A stretch of 62,387 nucleotides of DNA, filler included, from Dugesia japonica (GCA_001938525.1; 6 parts of 6 records of this genome joined end to end with filler, not necessarily neighbours in it); one strand, 5' to 3'; counted from the first letter of the whole stretch, positions 26,900 through 40,335 are shown. Numbers and translations: made by a program. Notes: generated by a model from the letters alone, not told the origin.

Positions 26900-27580
26900 A
26901 AAGTTTGGACTACAATTTTATCTTCTTCGACTAATCGCAAAATAACCGATTTGATCTGATTGAATTTGAAGCATTTATATAAATCCAAATTGTTAGTATG
27001 CAGTATCCTTTGTCATCATTCATCATTGAATGTGATCCAAAAAGCAACACTTATTTCTTTTCCTTCTTTATCTCTCTGCTCCAATAGTATCGAGACTGAC
27101 ATCTATATCTAATATAATTTTTTTGTTTATGTCTAGAAAACACAATATTGGCTCAGTCAAAAGTATCGTTTATTTCATCTGTCCATTCTAACTTCTTGTT
27201 GCTTGGTCCACTACATAACTGTTCTAAAATCCTTGATTTTCTTGTATAGTTCTCTAGAAACGTCCTGTAGTAATTACAAATTAATAAGAAACTTCGTAAT
27301 TTCTTCACACAGTTAGGTTTGCCAAATGTTTTTGTTGCTTCTAATTTAGACGGATCAGTTNNNAGCCCCATGACTGCTAATAATGTGTCCAAGAAATTTG
27401 ATTTTGCTTTGAAGAAGCTGACACTTTTCTGGATTTATTAATCCCGTAAATACTATGTGAAATACTTCATAGTGTTTATCTTTGAGCCATTTGTAAGGGC
27501 CACTCCAGCAGCATCCACGATATTTCAGAATAGGTCAATATTCCTAGCAGTAATGATCAAAGAATTGTTACAAATGAACA
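26900..27580 (-). mobile_element. Gypsy RT/RNase H fragment in the Rbfox intron
   Basis: KPNCVKKLRSFLLICNYYRTF...LEQLCSGPSNKKLEWTDE; closely similar to 48867-49181. Confidence 0.85.
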
Positions 27581-28249
27581 TTTCAGACTTATTTCCATAA
27601 GGACATATCCTCTTATTTCAGATGATCAGAATGTTATTTCCGAGTCATTTCAAGAAATAACATTAGAAGCGTATCTAAGTTTNNNNNNTCTAAGTTTAAT
27701 AAAATTTTGAAATTATTATGAGGGCCGAATAAAATCAAACAACGGACTGTACGTTGCACATATATAAATTGAAATTTATCAAGAATATTTATTTAAATTT
27801 GTTTTCTCTCCCTATATATACAGGTTTATNNNNNNNNNNNNNNNNNNNNNNNNNNNNNNNNNNNNNNNNNNNNNNNNNNCCTCTTATTTCAGATGATCAG
27901 AATGTTATTTCCGAGTCATTTCAAGAAATAACATTAGAAGCGTATCTAAGTTTTCAAGGTCTAAGTTTAATAAAATTTTGAAATTATTATGAGGGCCGAA
28001 TAAAATCAAACAANNNNNNNNNNNNNNNNNNNNNNNNNNNNNNNNNNNNNNNNNNNNNNNNNNNNNNNNNNNNNNNNNNNNNNNNNNNNNNNNNNNNNNN
28101 NNNNNNNNNNNNNNNNNNNNNNNNNNNNNNNNNNNNNNNNNNNNNNNNNNNNNNNNNNNNNNNNNNNNNNNNNNNNNNNNNNNNNNNNNNNNNNNNNNNN
28201 NNNNNNNNNNNNNNNNNNNNNNNNNNNNNNNNNNNTAATATCAACTTAC

Positions 28250-28342
28250 TTCTATTCTACGCCCTTCGACTTCTTTTCCGTTCAAGTCGTCTCTAGCTTT
28301 CGCTGCATCATCTCCATTTGCAAAAGTTACAAATCCAAACCC
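28250..28342 (-). CDS. RBFOX: Rbfox/fox-1 homolog, 93-nt RNP1 exon (second half of RRM)
   Basis: TTATTAG|GFGFVTFANGDDAAKARDDLNGKEVEGRRIE|GTAAGT; exactly 93 nt, phase 0-0; matches Rbfox [31 protein letters not shown]. Confidence 0.95.
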
Positions 28343-28482
28343 CTAATAAATCGAAATATTGTCTATCATTATAATTTCACATCAAAACAAACAATTGTCA
28401 CAAAAAATTACATTAATCAAAGCATAAAATTAAACTAAAAAACGAGTTAAATTTATGAAGTATTGTGAGAAAAAATAGATTT

Positions 28483-28713
28483 CATGCAAACCATGCTGCG
28501 AAAAAACAAATCAGAGGATAGAAGAATATAAACAATCACATAACAAACACTAGAATAATCACTCCATTTGACCACAAGACGGCTTAAAATGATTTAGATC
28601 TAGTATTTATTACAGGTATTAACACGAAATCTTATGAATAGTGGCAACTAATAGAAATGCTGAGTCTAGATATGATGCATCTAATCAGTTAATATGGTCA
28701 ATAAACGCATGCA
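28483..28713 (-). promoter_or_regulatory. Cluster of Rbfox-binding (U)GCAUG elements
   Basis: On the transcribed strand: TGCATG at 28713-28708, GCATG at 28496-28492, TGCATG at 28488-28483, in the intron upstream of the 93-nt exon. Confidence 0.6.
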
Positions 28714-30754
28714 ATAAATTCCCGACATGAACATCAACACAATTATCTATCAAAAAACCAAAACAGCATCTACTTCATTCCATATATAATATTAACTACT
28801 GCTAGATACATGTCCATTACTGGCATCAATATCAGAGTAGCAAGCTAATAAGAAATTGAACATTCCGCAGGCATTATATAGAAATACCGCAAAACGACGC
28901 AGAATCCATTACCTATATTCAATGAATAGTCCCTGAAAATTTCTGAAATTGTAATATTTACATAATTGACCAATGTAAACATATTAAAATTTAAATAGAC
29001 TAGCAACAAATCAATATTTTGTCAATAAATGAAAAATTACCGAATAAGCCTTTGAAATTTAATTTTAAATACTTAATAATAAAATAAATTGTTTTTCAAA
29101 AAATTTTGACTAAATTTTTAATTTAAATTTATAAAATTTTTCGTTAACATCCATCATTAAACACAAGTTAATTATATATTTATTGTGAGGAATAATTAAA
29201 GATGATTTTTTAAAAACAATATTAAATTTGATAAATGATTTTTTTAATGTCATTTATTTAACATTGTTTTGAGTTTTACGTGAAGTTAAAAATTGTTACT
29301 ATTTTATTATTGTAATTGTTTATATTAAAGTTCTTTTCTAAAGTTTTGTAATAAAATTTTATAAACAATTTGCTAGTAAACTTTTTCCTTATTGTGTAGT
29401 CAATTTATTTAGGATATCTAGTAAAGCTGAACAATCTAATTATATATTTTTTGAAATATTGAGAATAGTTTATGTCNNNNNNNNNNNNNNNNNNNNNNNN
29501 NNNNNNNNNNNNNNNNNNNNNNNNNNNNNNNNTTCTTTCCATAAACATCACACATAGTTCTAACGGCTTTGAGACAATAACTCCTCTAGTTAAATAAAAA
29601 TATATGTTGGAAAAGACCGTATTTTTCTATTTGACACTTCATTTTCTTTGAAAATAATTTTATTGAAATTATTNTCAAATTCAAAATTTNTAAAANAATT
29701 CATTTAAACAATTAAGATAATAAGATAACTTTAACATATGCATTTTAATATTGTATTTTAAAGCACAGTTGCTTTACAATAAAAAAAATGCTACGGAATT
29801 ATGCATGAACCTAATATATATTGAATAAATACAGTGATGTTTCATTATATAAGGAATAATATTTTGTTTAACTTCTTAAAATTTCGCTTCATTAAAATTC
29901 TGTTTAACTGGAATAGCATCATCGATATTAAAAGACGTTATCCGTTAGTTTTATATATGTGAATCAAGTGTGATAATTTTAGAAAATCAATCAACTAGTT
30001 GCATGCATAGTATTTAAAGCACGTAAATTAAGTTTTTAATTAAATTTNNNNNNNNNTAAAAATGAAAATGACAGTGATTATAAAATAGGATTGCTTATTT
30101 CTATTGGTCTTTTGAAATTAGTAACGTGCTTTAGATTAGTCACAAAATTCAATAATGTAATCAATCTTCAATATGAAAATTAACTTTTCAGTTGTTAACA
30201 AATAAACATTAATTTTAATTTTTTTCCTTACTTTAAAATCTAATCAAGTATTGTTGTCAAAGTTTTGTTACATTTTTTCCAATAATAATGAATAAGAAAT
30301 TAATAGAATTCAATTTAACAAAAATATATACGAAATCAATATAAAATATTAAACAGCAACTGTTTCCACTTAAAAAATTATGTTTTTAAATATACCTCGA
30401 TAAGTTTTCCATTTGAATTTTGTTCCAAATATTCATTTTTTAAATTTAGTACAAAATTTCAACGAGAATATTTTGTATACCGTTTAAAACAGTAAATAAA
30501 ATGATTAGTTGCAGGATAATCAAATTTCCTTAAACATGTCAAAAATCATTAAGATATTATATTTTAATTTAAAAACCGAACCAACTATCGTGGTTACCTA
30601 ATATTTTTAGCGCTAAAATTTTTAATTCTTTTTATTATTTTTAATATAAGATAGAGTTAAGTATTAAAATTTATTAAATATTTAAGTATTTGTGTAAATT
30701 TAAATACTTGTTTAAATTTATANNNNNNNNNNNNNNNNNNNNNNNNNNNATATA

Positions 30755-30776
30755 TGTGTGTGTGTGTGTGTGTGTG
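30755..30776. repeat. (TG)n microsatellite
   Basis: Seen directly. Confidence 0.9.
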
Positions 30777-32836
30777 TATCATTAAATTAAAATGATCACT
30801 TCGAAACAATCTTCGTTAAATTAAAAACCTAATTATCATTATTTGTTTCTTTTTGACAGACCAATAATAATATTGAATTATATGAATATGAAAAAAATAA
30901 AATTTCCACAAAGATTGTTATTAAATAAATAGGATTAAATCATTTTAATTATTATTAAACATTTCTTTGTTTTCCTAGTAATTAGCTTTTTGGAATTAAT
31001 TATTCAAAGTTAAAAAATAAAATCAGAAGCGAATGTTATTAGAAAAAAGTTGTTACATGGTTGTCGGTTTTCGAATAGAAAAATATCGATTTAAGAATTA
31101 TACTATACAAAGCATTTAATTTGTTAGTTAAATATATTTTAAATGAGCTTTTGAGGATATGAAATGACAAATGTTCAAAATTGAAAATGACANNNNNNNN
31201 NNNNNNNNNNNNNNNNNNNNNNNNNNNNNNNNNNNNNNNNNNNNNNNNNNNNNNNNNNNNNNNNNNNNNNNNNNNNNNNNNNNNNNNNNNNNNNNNNNNN
31301 NNNNNNNNNNNNNNNNNNNNNNNNNCAACTTCAAGAAATGTAATCTTTGAAATCGATAAACACTCATTAATCTAACGGATAACGCGGAATAGTATTACTA
31401 ACTCAATTAGCATCGCAAAAAGGCAAAATTTTGATGATCCTAATAACTGCAAAAAATTAGGTTATTAGGAATTTTTATAATTTGAATCACTCAAATAGTA
31501 TCACCATNNNNNNNNNNNNNNNNNNNNNNNNGTATCATTGATACTATTCAGTGCTATCCGTTAATTTATTAGTATTTCTTTATTAACCTTAATCCATCCC
31601 CTATATTGACTACACACTTGAGCATTTTCAATCTATATAGAAATATAAAAAATTAATTGGTTTTTTATATTAGGTTTATACTTAAATCCATAACATTTTA
31701 TTTGAATTAAAAATTTCATGAATTGTAACAAAAGTACAAGTACTGATCAAGAAAATATATTCCTCCATTATTCAATATTCTTTCACAAAAATCCGGTAAA
31801 TTGTCGATTCCTTGGCTCAACAAATCCTTTGGTTTCGAAGCAAAGAAGTTATCAAGCCAATTCCGAAGCACGGTGTCGTTATCAAAAGAGATTCCTTGAA
31901 TATTGTTACCAAGAGATCGAAACAGATGAAAGCGATGTGAAATAACCTCCCAGCCAAGACACTGAATAACTNNNNNNNNNNNNNNNNNNNNNNNNNNNNN
32001 NNNNNNNNNNNNNNNNNNNNNNNNNNNNNNNNNNNNNNNNNNNNNNNNNNNNNNNNNNNNNNNNNNNNNNNNNNNNNNNNNNNNNNNNNNNNNNNNNNNN
32101 NNNNNNNNNNNNNNNNNNNNNNNNNNNNNNNNNNNNNNNNNNNNNNNNNNNNNNNNNNNNNNNNNNNNNNNNNNNNNGCAGATGGGTACTAGGTTTCATT
32201 ATAGTAGATGCTTTTTCTTAAATAATAAACCATTCTTTTCTCTTCTTGGTGTTCTCATAAAGGCACCCTTTTTCATAACCAATAACAAAGTGAGACAAAA
32301 AGTGTCGACGTTATTGACAAGTTAGCAATATGACGCAAATGTTGACACGATTATTTTTATTCATTTTTGTCAAAGCATGCGGCACATATATACCAAATTT
32401 TTGAGCTACACAATGGTTTTTAAATGTCGAACGAATACAATGAAAAATGAATCCACGAAAATTTTTTTGTCAAGAATTCTATTAACTAAAAATATAAGAA
32501 ATTAAAAATATTGAATCTTAATTGAAGATTAAGATTTGACATCAATGGATAAATTTAGCAATTACTTTAGAAATATTTGTAATTTTAAAAAAAGAAATAA
32601 ACTTTATAATTTCACCAAATCACGTTTGAAAAGGCTTTAGTAAAGAGCACAAAACTTTACGATAATTTGCTTCAGTAATTTTATGATTTCAGAAGCAAAT
32701 GAATATTATTCAACTGATATGATTAAAAACCGAATTCGAAAATTTAAGGATAAATATATACTTACATTTCTTCATTTTATTGTTATTTCTCTTTTATTTA
32801 TATATAATTTATAAATTTTTATTAATTAATTATTAC

Positions 32837-32890
32837 TTTCGATCCACGTTCGTTGAAGATTATTTCAACATCGAGTAACTGTCCATAGGG
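32837..32890 (-). CDS. RBFOX: Rbfox/fox-1 homolog, 54-nt RRM exon
   Basis: TTTAG|PYGQLLDVEIIFNERGSK|GTAATA; LDVEIIFNERGSK is diagnostic of Rbfox. The upstream RNP2 exon was not found on this scaffold. Confidence 0.95.
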
Positions 32891-33069
32891 CTAAATATAA
32901 AAAAATTAAGAGAATAAAATAAAATTATTATTATTATTATTACACAATTCACTCACTGACTCACTCCAGAAGGATTAAGTTAAAAAAATATTTTAAGCTT
33001 TTCATTTTAGGCTTTTAAATGTTAAGCTTTGAAAGTTTAAGCTCATAAATCATAATTTATACACTTAAA

Positions 33070-33500
33070 ATTTTCCAGTAATTTTGGTATTCTCTATGAC
33101 CATTAATAAGTCCCAAAAGGCCAATAATTTGATAAAGTTGGCGTGTATTTTCTTGAACCAGTTTTTGCTCATGTCCAAGTCCACGTTGCACTTACTCGCT
33201 GCATAAATTATGGACTTACTTTATCAAGGAAAAATTGTTAATGATCATCACACTTACGAAAAACCCAATTCATTCACTGACTCATTCTGGAACGCTGGCA
33301 CACGAAAAATTGAAAATTTTGTATAAGTGTGTTGGAATTAGCAAACTAATATACTATAACGGTTAACGGATATTTGAATTAGTTTGGGATGAAAAGTAGA
33401 TGTGATTAACCGTAGCCTTTTGTGTGAATTATAAGTAAAGTTACTAAATGATGAAAGATAATTTACTCGCAATGTTGTGTATACCGAAATAACTCAGCAA
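33070..33500 (+). mobile_element. Helitron RepHel helicase C-terminal relic
   Basis: FPVILVFSMTINKSQ, FDKVGVYFLEPVFAHVQVHVALTR and, after an insert, TRNVVYTEI: Pif1-type motifs V/VI and the typical Helitron tail. Confidence 0.8.
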
Positions 33501-34382
33501 ATAAATGCTAACGTTTCATTGTATGAATATTAAATTTTACTCCTCTTTTTTTAATTCAAACCAAAAATAATTTTGCAAAATATTGTCAATTTCAGATTGA
33601 CACTTAAGAATAAATTAAAAAATTATGGGCGCCTGAGAAAAAAACTTGTTAATAATAATAATCATAATAAATGTATTTGCTAAGCGTAAGACCAATAAAC
33701 TATTTTAAATGATTTAATAAAAATATCTATCTATTATCTTAAATATCTATTTTAAAGCTGCGATGATAATAATTTTGATAAATTAGACAAATGCTTTGTG
33801 TAAATACCAAAATTGCAAAATATTTACTTAACAAAAGTTAGACTTAATAATTTGTTTTTAATTTAGTCAACCTTTAGTTTATATTTTATTAAACTTTTAT
33901 TCAAAAAATGATTTCTTTTAAATACATTAAAATAGTTTGGAAATATTTTGATAATCAAGTTTTGGTTTTCTTTAATAAGACTTTTTTTAAATGATCGAAT
34001 AAATGATCACTATATAAAACTTGCATAATGAAAATTTGTAAAATTTCTTCAAAATATAGAACAAAAAAATATCAATATTGGAATCCTAAATTAAAATTAT
34101 TTAATTTAATAAAAATTAATGTAAATTGTAATGTGATTTTTAAACAATCCGTTTTAAAACATTTTTTTTAAAAAATTTGTAATTTATAATTTTTTTGTAA
34201 CTGAATTGGGAAAAAATTTATTTAAATTAATTTGAAGAATATTGTTAGAGAGATCAATTTGTAATTAAATTATTATCCAAACTTTTACAAGTAAATAGTT
34301 GTTAATTCTACTTTATTAGAGATTTATTAGAATTGATGACACAAAATATTTCAACAAAGCTGTAAGCAAAGCCTTTTTGATA

Positions 34383-34482
34383 NNNNNNNNNNNNNNNNNN
34401 NNNNNNNNNNNNNNNNNNNNNNNNNNTTAATTAATTAANNNNNNNNNNNNNNNNNNNNNNNNNNNNNNNNNNNNNNNNNNNN
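34383..34482. other. Artificial scaffold-joining spacer
   Basis: 44 N + TTAATTAATTAA + 44 N. Confidence 0.95.
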
Positions 34483-35255
34483 AATATTTTTACTATAGCT
34501 AATAAGATTACTGATTTGAGATTATCATTCTTGTTATTATTATCAAGATTATTATTGTTATTATCTTTAAATTGTTAATGTTGTTAGTATTTGTCACCGT
34601 CATTAGCGATAGGAATTATTACGATAATTCAACTTACATTCATTTTATTACTATTAGTTTCACTCCTAGTTTAGTAATCGATTTTATTATTACGAGATCC
34701 ATCTCTTACACATGTCATCAATATCTTCCCATAATTCCCATTAGATCTATTGTCTTTTAAACCTATTATTATATTTAGCATTATTAAAATCCGATACATT
34801 ATCATTCATCTATAACCACTATTATTATTATAGTACTACCGGTAATCTTTTTAAGAATATAAATTATTATTATTCATTCATCATAATATTCTATATGTTT
34901 TTAGCTTATTGATATTTCTTTGATAAATTAACTAACTTATCAGTAACATAAAGCCATCATTAAATTACGGTAACTATNNNNNNNNNNNNNNNNNNNNNNN
35001 NNNNNNNNNNNNNNNNNNNNNNNNNNNNNNNNNNNNNNNNNNNNNNNNNNNNNNNNNNNNNNNNNNAAACTAATGTTTCTCATCACGAATATCCTCACCA
35101 TAGTTATAGTTCTATTCACCACATTACACTAAAACTTAAGTATCACCAATATAAGAGCAACGCAAAGAACACTTTTCCAAAATCTTCGTTTAGACTCACG
35201 ATCGTCCTATTTCATTAACAAATAATGAAATCCAGATTAAGAATGATTTAATCTG

Positions 35256-35659
35256 ATGCTTTTAGACATGGCCGAGAATGCACAACAGAATATGGCTAAC
35301 CAGCGACTGTTCCAGCTCAGACCAAGCCGAACATTTGGAACAGAGGTGCAACTAGCAGCTAGCTTTGATGAACAGTTAGCCACTACAAGTAATTGGTCAA
35401 GAGCCTGTCAAGCTCTTCAAGAAAAAATAGGGATGTTGGTGTTCGAGATAACACAACTCGTCGCCAAAACATTGAGTATACCCGGCGAGACACAGCACAG
35501 GGTATGAAGATATGGGAGTTATAGGCCGAGGTGGAATGGCTCCGGACAGAGAACAAACAATTGAGCGAGCGGATACACCCCCAACCATCAACGTCCTCTG
35601 CAACTTCTCCTACGATAAAAATCCGGGAGATTTTTGTGGATCTTTCCGATGACAATTAA
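35256..35659 (+). pseudogene. Unidentified GC-elevated intronless coiled-coil ORF, broken by one frameshift and one stop
   Basis: 83-aa ORF that continues in a shifted frame as ..KIWEL*AEVEWLRTENKQLSERIHPQPSTSSATSPTIKIREIFVDLSDDN*; AATAAA follows at ~35700. Confidence 0.4.
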
Positions 35660-35952
35660 TTAAAACTACATTTAAATTTCTTGTGCATTTTGTGTAAAAT
35701 AATAAAATTGCAACTATTTAATTTTTCCTTCTTTACGACTTCTATCGTCGATATATAATGAATCCGAATTACACGCATATGGTGCGCTCATGGACTTTTG
35801 ACGTCAGGCAAGAGTCACCGGGGCTGCAATCAACATACTCTCAGGACGAGTATTTAAATCCCAGTTTGCGGGTTGTGTGTGATATATTTTTTAGCCATAT
35901 CANNNNNNNNNNNNNNNNNNNNNNNNNNNNNNNNNNNNNNNNNNNNNNNNNN

Positions 35953-35986
<34 letters not shown>

Positions 35987-36040
35987 TAATAAAAATAATA
36001 AAAATAATAATAATAATAATAATAATCATAGTAATAATAA
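35953..36040. repeat. (ATA)n microsatellite
   Basis: Seen directly; the source of the poly-Ile ORFs in the track. Confidence 0.9.
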
Positions 36041-39000
36041 ATTCATGTAAAATGAAAAATGGAAATTACAGTTATTAATTAATTATTTAATTAATTACCT
36101 TGTTTTATTTGATAAATAATTAAGCAAAGTTTAAAAAAAATTATTTATAAGAGAAATAATATTTGTTAGTTTCATCTCTGACGAGTATCTGTCAGAGTTA
36201 ATTTCATTTTCATTATATTTCTTTTGAATTTTGTTTGATTTTTGTCATTTAATTTTATGTATTTATATACAATTTATTTATAAAAATATGACATCTAATA
36301 CACTATAGAAATATTACTAGTGGTTTCTTTAGTGTTTTTATNTTAAAAGCATTTTCAATTGTTATTATTGCTTAAATAACAACATAAATTCTTAGTTAAA
36401 AGCAGCAATTTTAAACAAAATGAATACTTAAGATAAAAACTTAAATACATTATTGATAAATTAAAATGGATATTTAAATCAATATTTAATTGATAAATGA
36501 ATTTGATTACGAGAAATGATTGTTAGAATATCATTTTGTTATTATATTACAATATTTGTAAATGAAATGAGTGAATCTCTGTGTGATGTTACGACGTACA
36601 TTAACATTATTACCAAATTCTATTCTCAATCGATTTTATAGAATAGTATTTATTTATTTATATTATAAAAAAAATCAAAATTAAAAAATTCTAAGTATAA
36701 TATATTTATAATATCTAAAAGACTTTTTTTTTAGTCAAAAAAAATCCTTTTTTTTGAAACTTTTTTGAAACTTTTTTGATTTAAAAATTAAAAAATTAAA
36801 ATCATTAAATTTTAAAAAAAATAAACCAATAAAANNNNNNNNNNNNNNNNNNNNNNNNNNNNNNNNNNNNNNNNNNNNNNNNNNNNNNNNNNNNNNNNNN
36901 NNNNNNNNNNNNNNNNNNNNNNNNNNNNNNNNNNNNNNNNNNNNNNNNNNNNNNNNNNNNNNNNNNNNNNNNNNNNNNNNNNNNNNNNNNNNNNNNNNNN
37001 AATCTCAAATCCGATCAATGGTTAAGTCCAACAATTATTCTCACAATAATTGTAATTATAAAATATTTTATTTAAATATTTATTATTTAAATGAAAAAAG
37101 AATTGTTTAAATTATATTGCTTTTGAATACATATTTAGTTTTTCTGGTTTATTAATAATTCTAGCAAGACTTTTTATTTAACAAATTTACTTCAAAATAA
37201 ATTTCAGATTAAATGTAATTTAGCAGAAATTTGAAATATTCATTATTAATATTTGTTTATATTATAATATTTTAATAATATTATTATTTCGAAAAATGAA
37301 ATAAAAATACGTAAATAAACTCGTTTTCAATGACAAATTATTTAACAAGCAAAGATCAAAATTTTATTTACAATATTTCCGCACAACTTTGAAATGAAGA
37401 TAGATTTTAAATAAATCTGAGTAAAATCAATTTTCATTAGATTTTAATTGTAATATAAAATTAAATGAACATTTTTTCTCGGTTAATTGCTGTAAAACAT
37501 TATGATAAACATATTTTTAAAATTGTTTTAAAAATAAAAAAAAATATAATTTTTTTAAAAAAAAAACCATTGATCTGTCAATAAATAAACTCGTTTTCAA
37601 CAACAAATATTTTTTTCATTTCAAAAAATTATTCAACAAGCATCGATCAAAATTACTGTTCTTTTATTTTCAATATTTCGGCATAGAATTTATTTTTTAA
37701 AAGATCAATGGATTTTTTTTTTAAAAATATTTTTAAAATTTTTAAACAATTTCATAAATAGATTTAAAAATATATAAATTGTACATTATTGATTAATTAA
37801 ATAATTACTAATTAATTGATTTATTTGGTTTTGTATAAAAACTACGATTTTATTTTGAGAAATTAAAAGCATTATCGCAAATTAAATAAGAATACCAGTT
37901 AAGATAATGAGTATACACAATTAGTAAAATTTTAACCATTCAAACTTCAAGCAATTACTTTTAATTTGAGAAATTTCAATTTTCTAGTTATTTCTTACAG
38001 TTTTACAACATTAGATCGTTCTTCAATTTATATAAATAAATAATAAATAATAATTATGCTAATCAATAACAAACCTTACATTACCTTGTGATTTATAGAC
38101 CTGAAAACTTATCCACTAAGAAATATTACGTTTGGTAGATTGTCAAATGATGTCATTTTGCCTTTCGTTGATTTTTATTTTAACAACTTGCCATAGATCT
38201 TTATTAGTTTCATTAAAATCATTCAGGCCACATTTTTCTTTCTAATATTTCTAGTTTTTAATCACGATTTATCAGCTTTAATTCAGTGAATAAATGTTTT
38301 TTTATTTAAAATAAATTCATAGAATACTTTTTATCTATTAACGGTTAATGGATTCGAGGTTAAAATAAAATGTGAATTACGAGAAGAAAATGTTATTTAT
38401 GAGNNNNNNNNNNNNNNNNNNNNNNNNNNNNNNNNNNNNNNNNNNNNNNNNNNNNNNNAAAGAAAATATTATTATTAATAAATCTCTATTTTTTTCAAGT
38501 TATTATTTTTATATTTGATATTTGTTTTAAACGATTAGTTATTTAATTGAGATATATTTATTGATTGTTGAAATTTAGTAACTTGTAACATGAAATAATA
38601 TTTGCTGTAAATTTTTTTAGTATTTATTAATAAATTTTTATAAATGCATTTTTGTTTATTGATTTTTATTGATTCATTACTGTGTGTTATTGATTATTTC
38701 TGTTTGAAATTCATCAATACGAGTTATAAAAAAAACAAGAAACAGTATTTAATTTAAATGTGGTTTCTAATAATAACGTGAAGGGTTAAAATTAGGAATG
38801 AAATTTAATAGAATCTTAAAAATAAAAAATTGTAACATAAAATCAGCTATGTAAAAAAGCAAATATAAAATTTATAATTAGCACCGTAAAACATCTAATA
38901 ATCCTCAAACATTTAGTTTTTTTTAATGAATTTCTTAAAAATAATAATTTCTCAATTTTAATATTATAAAATCTCTTGTTTTCTTTCATGTCAAAATAAA

Positions 39001-40303
39001 CCTATTTATACATTTTCTATTTAAATTTTAAACGATTTTTTAACTAAAGTTTTTATTATTTTAAATCTAAAAATTAAAATTTCATACGAATTAATTTAAA
39101 ATGCGTATTTTGAATATAATAAAAGTTGTATAAAAATACGCAGCAAAGATGTTCAAAACTAATGGGAAAAATTAAATGATTGGCTTAAAATCCAATTGTC
39201 AATCAGAATGATCAATTCCAATAGATCTAGATTAGTATGTATCTTTGGGAACTCAAAGATATTCGATAAGCGTCTTCTTGAAAATGAATTTCAAAAATAT
39301 TTATAATTCTTAATGAAATAATGATGATGACAATTCATGATCGATCAAACATGTTGGTGTTGATAAAGTTTCAATGGTTTATATTAGGATTAAGAATTTT
39401 CGAATTGCTTAAACTAAGAATTCAAAACCAATTTAAACAGTTACTGATCAGTTAAAAGCCTTTTAAGATATTTAAAAGTAGTTTCTCGCTTACTTAATTC
39501 AGAGTATTTCTTGCTTTAGTCTAAAGAATGTATTTAGTTTTCAATTGACACATTTCTTACTGATATNNNNNNNNNNNNNNNNNNNNNNNNNNNNNNNNNN
39601 NNNNNTAACAGCCGGGACGAAATTGACAAACTGGCAAGATTATAAATTATGTTTTCAATGTAAATACATACAATATGAGATATATAGGACGAGGTAGCAA
39701 TATTTGAAGTTATATTACAAACAAAGTTTGTATCATTATTTTTTGAAATAATTTTTAGTTTAATGGTCTTAGTTTAACGTAGCAAACGTGATTCGTTGGT
39801 GTAAATATTGGATCAAAGGAACCGCATAAATGTTAGTATTTAAATATATTTGAATTGTTATTTTTCTTTGGAGTTATTCTAATTTTTTCATTAATACTTC
39901 TCTATGAGTTAAGACACCGAACATTCTGAGAATATAAATTTATAAATTCCTTTGATAATTTTAGAAATAGATGATGTAGTGAGCATGAATAATGTATTAC
40001 TAATAGTGACAGATCTAACATTCTAATTCATACTAAAAAAAACAAAGCTATCCGATTCCTGATGTAAATAATAAAGAAATTTTAAACCGCTTTATATACA
40101 ACTACCACACANNNNNNNNNNNNNNNNNNNNNNNNNNNNNNNNNNNNNNNNNNNNNNNNNNNNNNNNNNNNNNNNNNNNNNNNNNNNNNNNNNNNNNNNN
40201 NNNNNNNNNNNNNNNNNNNNNNNNNNNNNNNNNNNNNNNNNNNNNNNNNNNNNNNNNNNNNNNNNNNNNNNNNNNNNNNNNNNNNNNNNNNNNNNNNNNN
40301 NNN

Positions 40304-40334
<31 letters not shown>

Positions 40335-40335
<1 letters not shown>

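Noticed and set aside
27610-28012. Near-identical ~135-bp duplication
   Set aside because: Copies sit either side of N gaps; most likely redundant contig ends.
31718-32290. 75-aa ORF in the Rbfox intron as an antisense gene
   Set aside because: No motif, flanked by gaps; probably an unclassified TE fragment.
35758-36078. Poly-Ile ORFs
   Set aside because: Translation of the (ATA)n microsatellite and N run.
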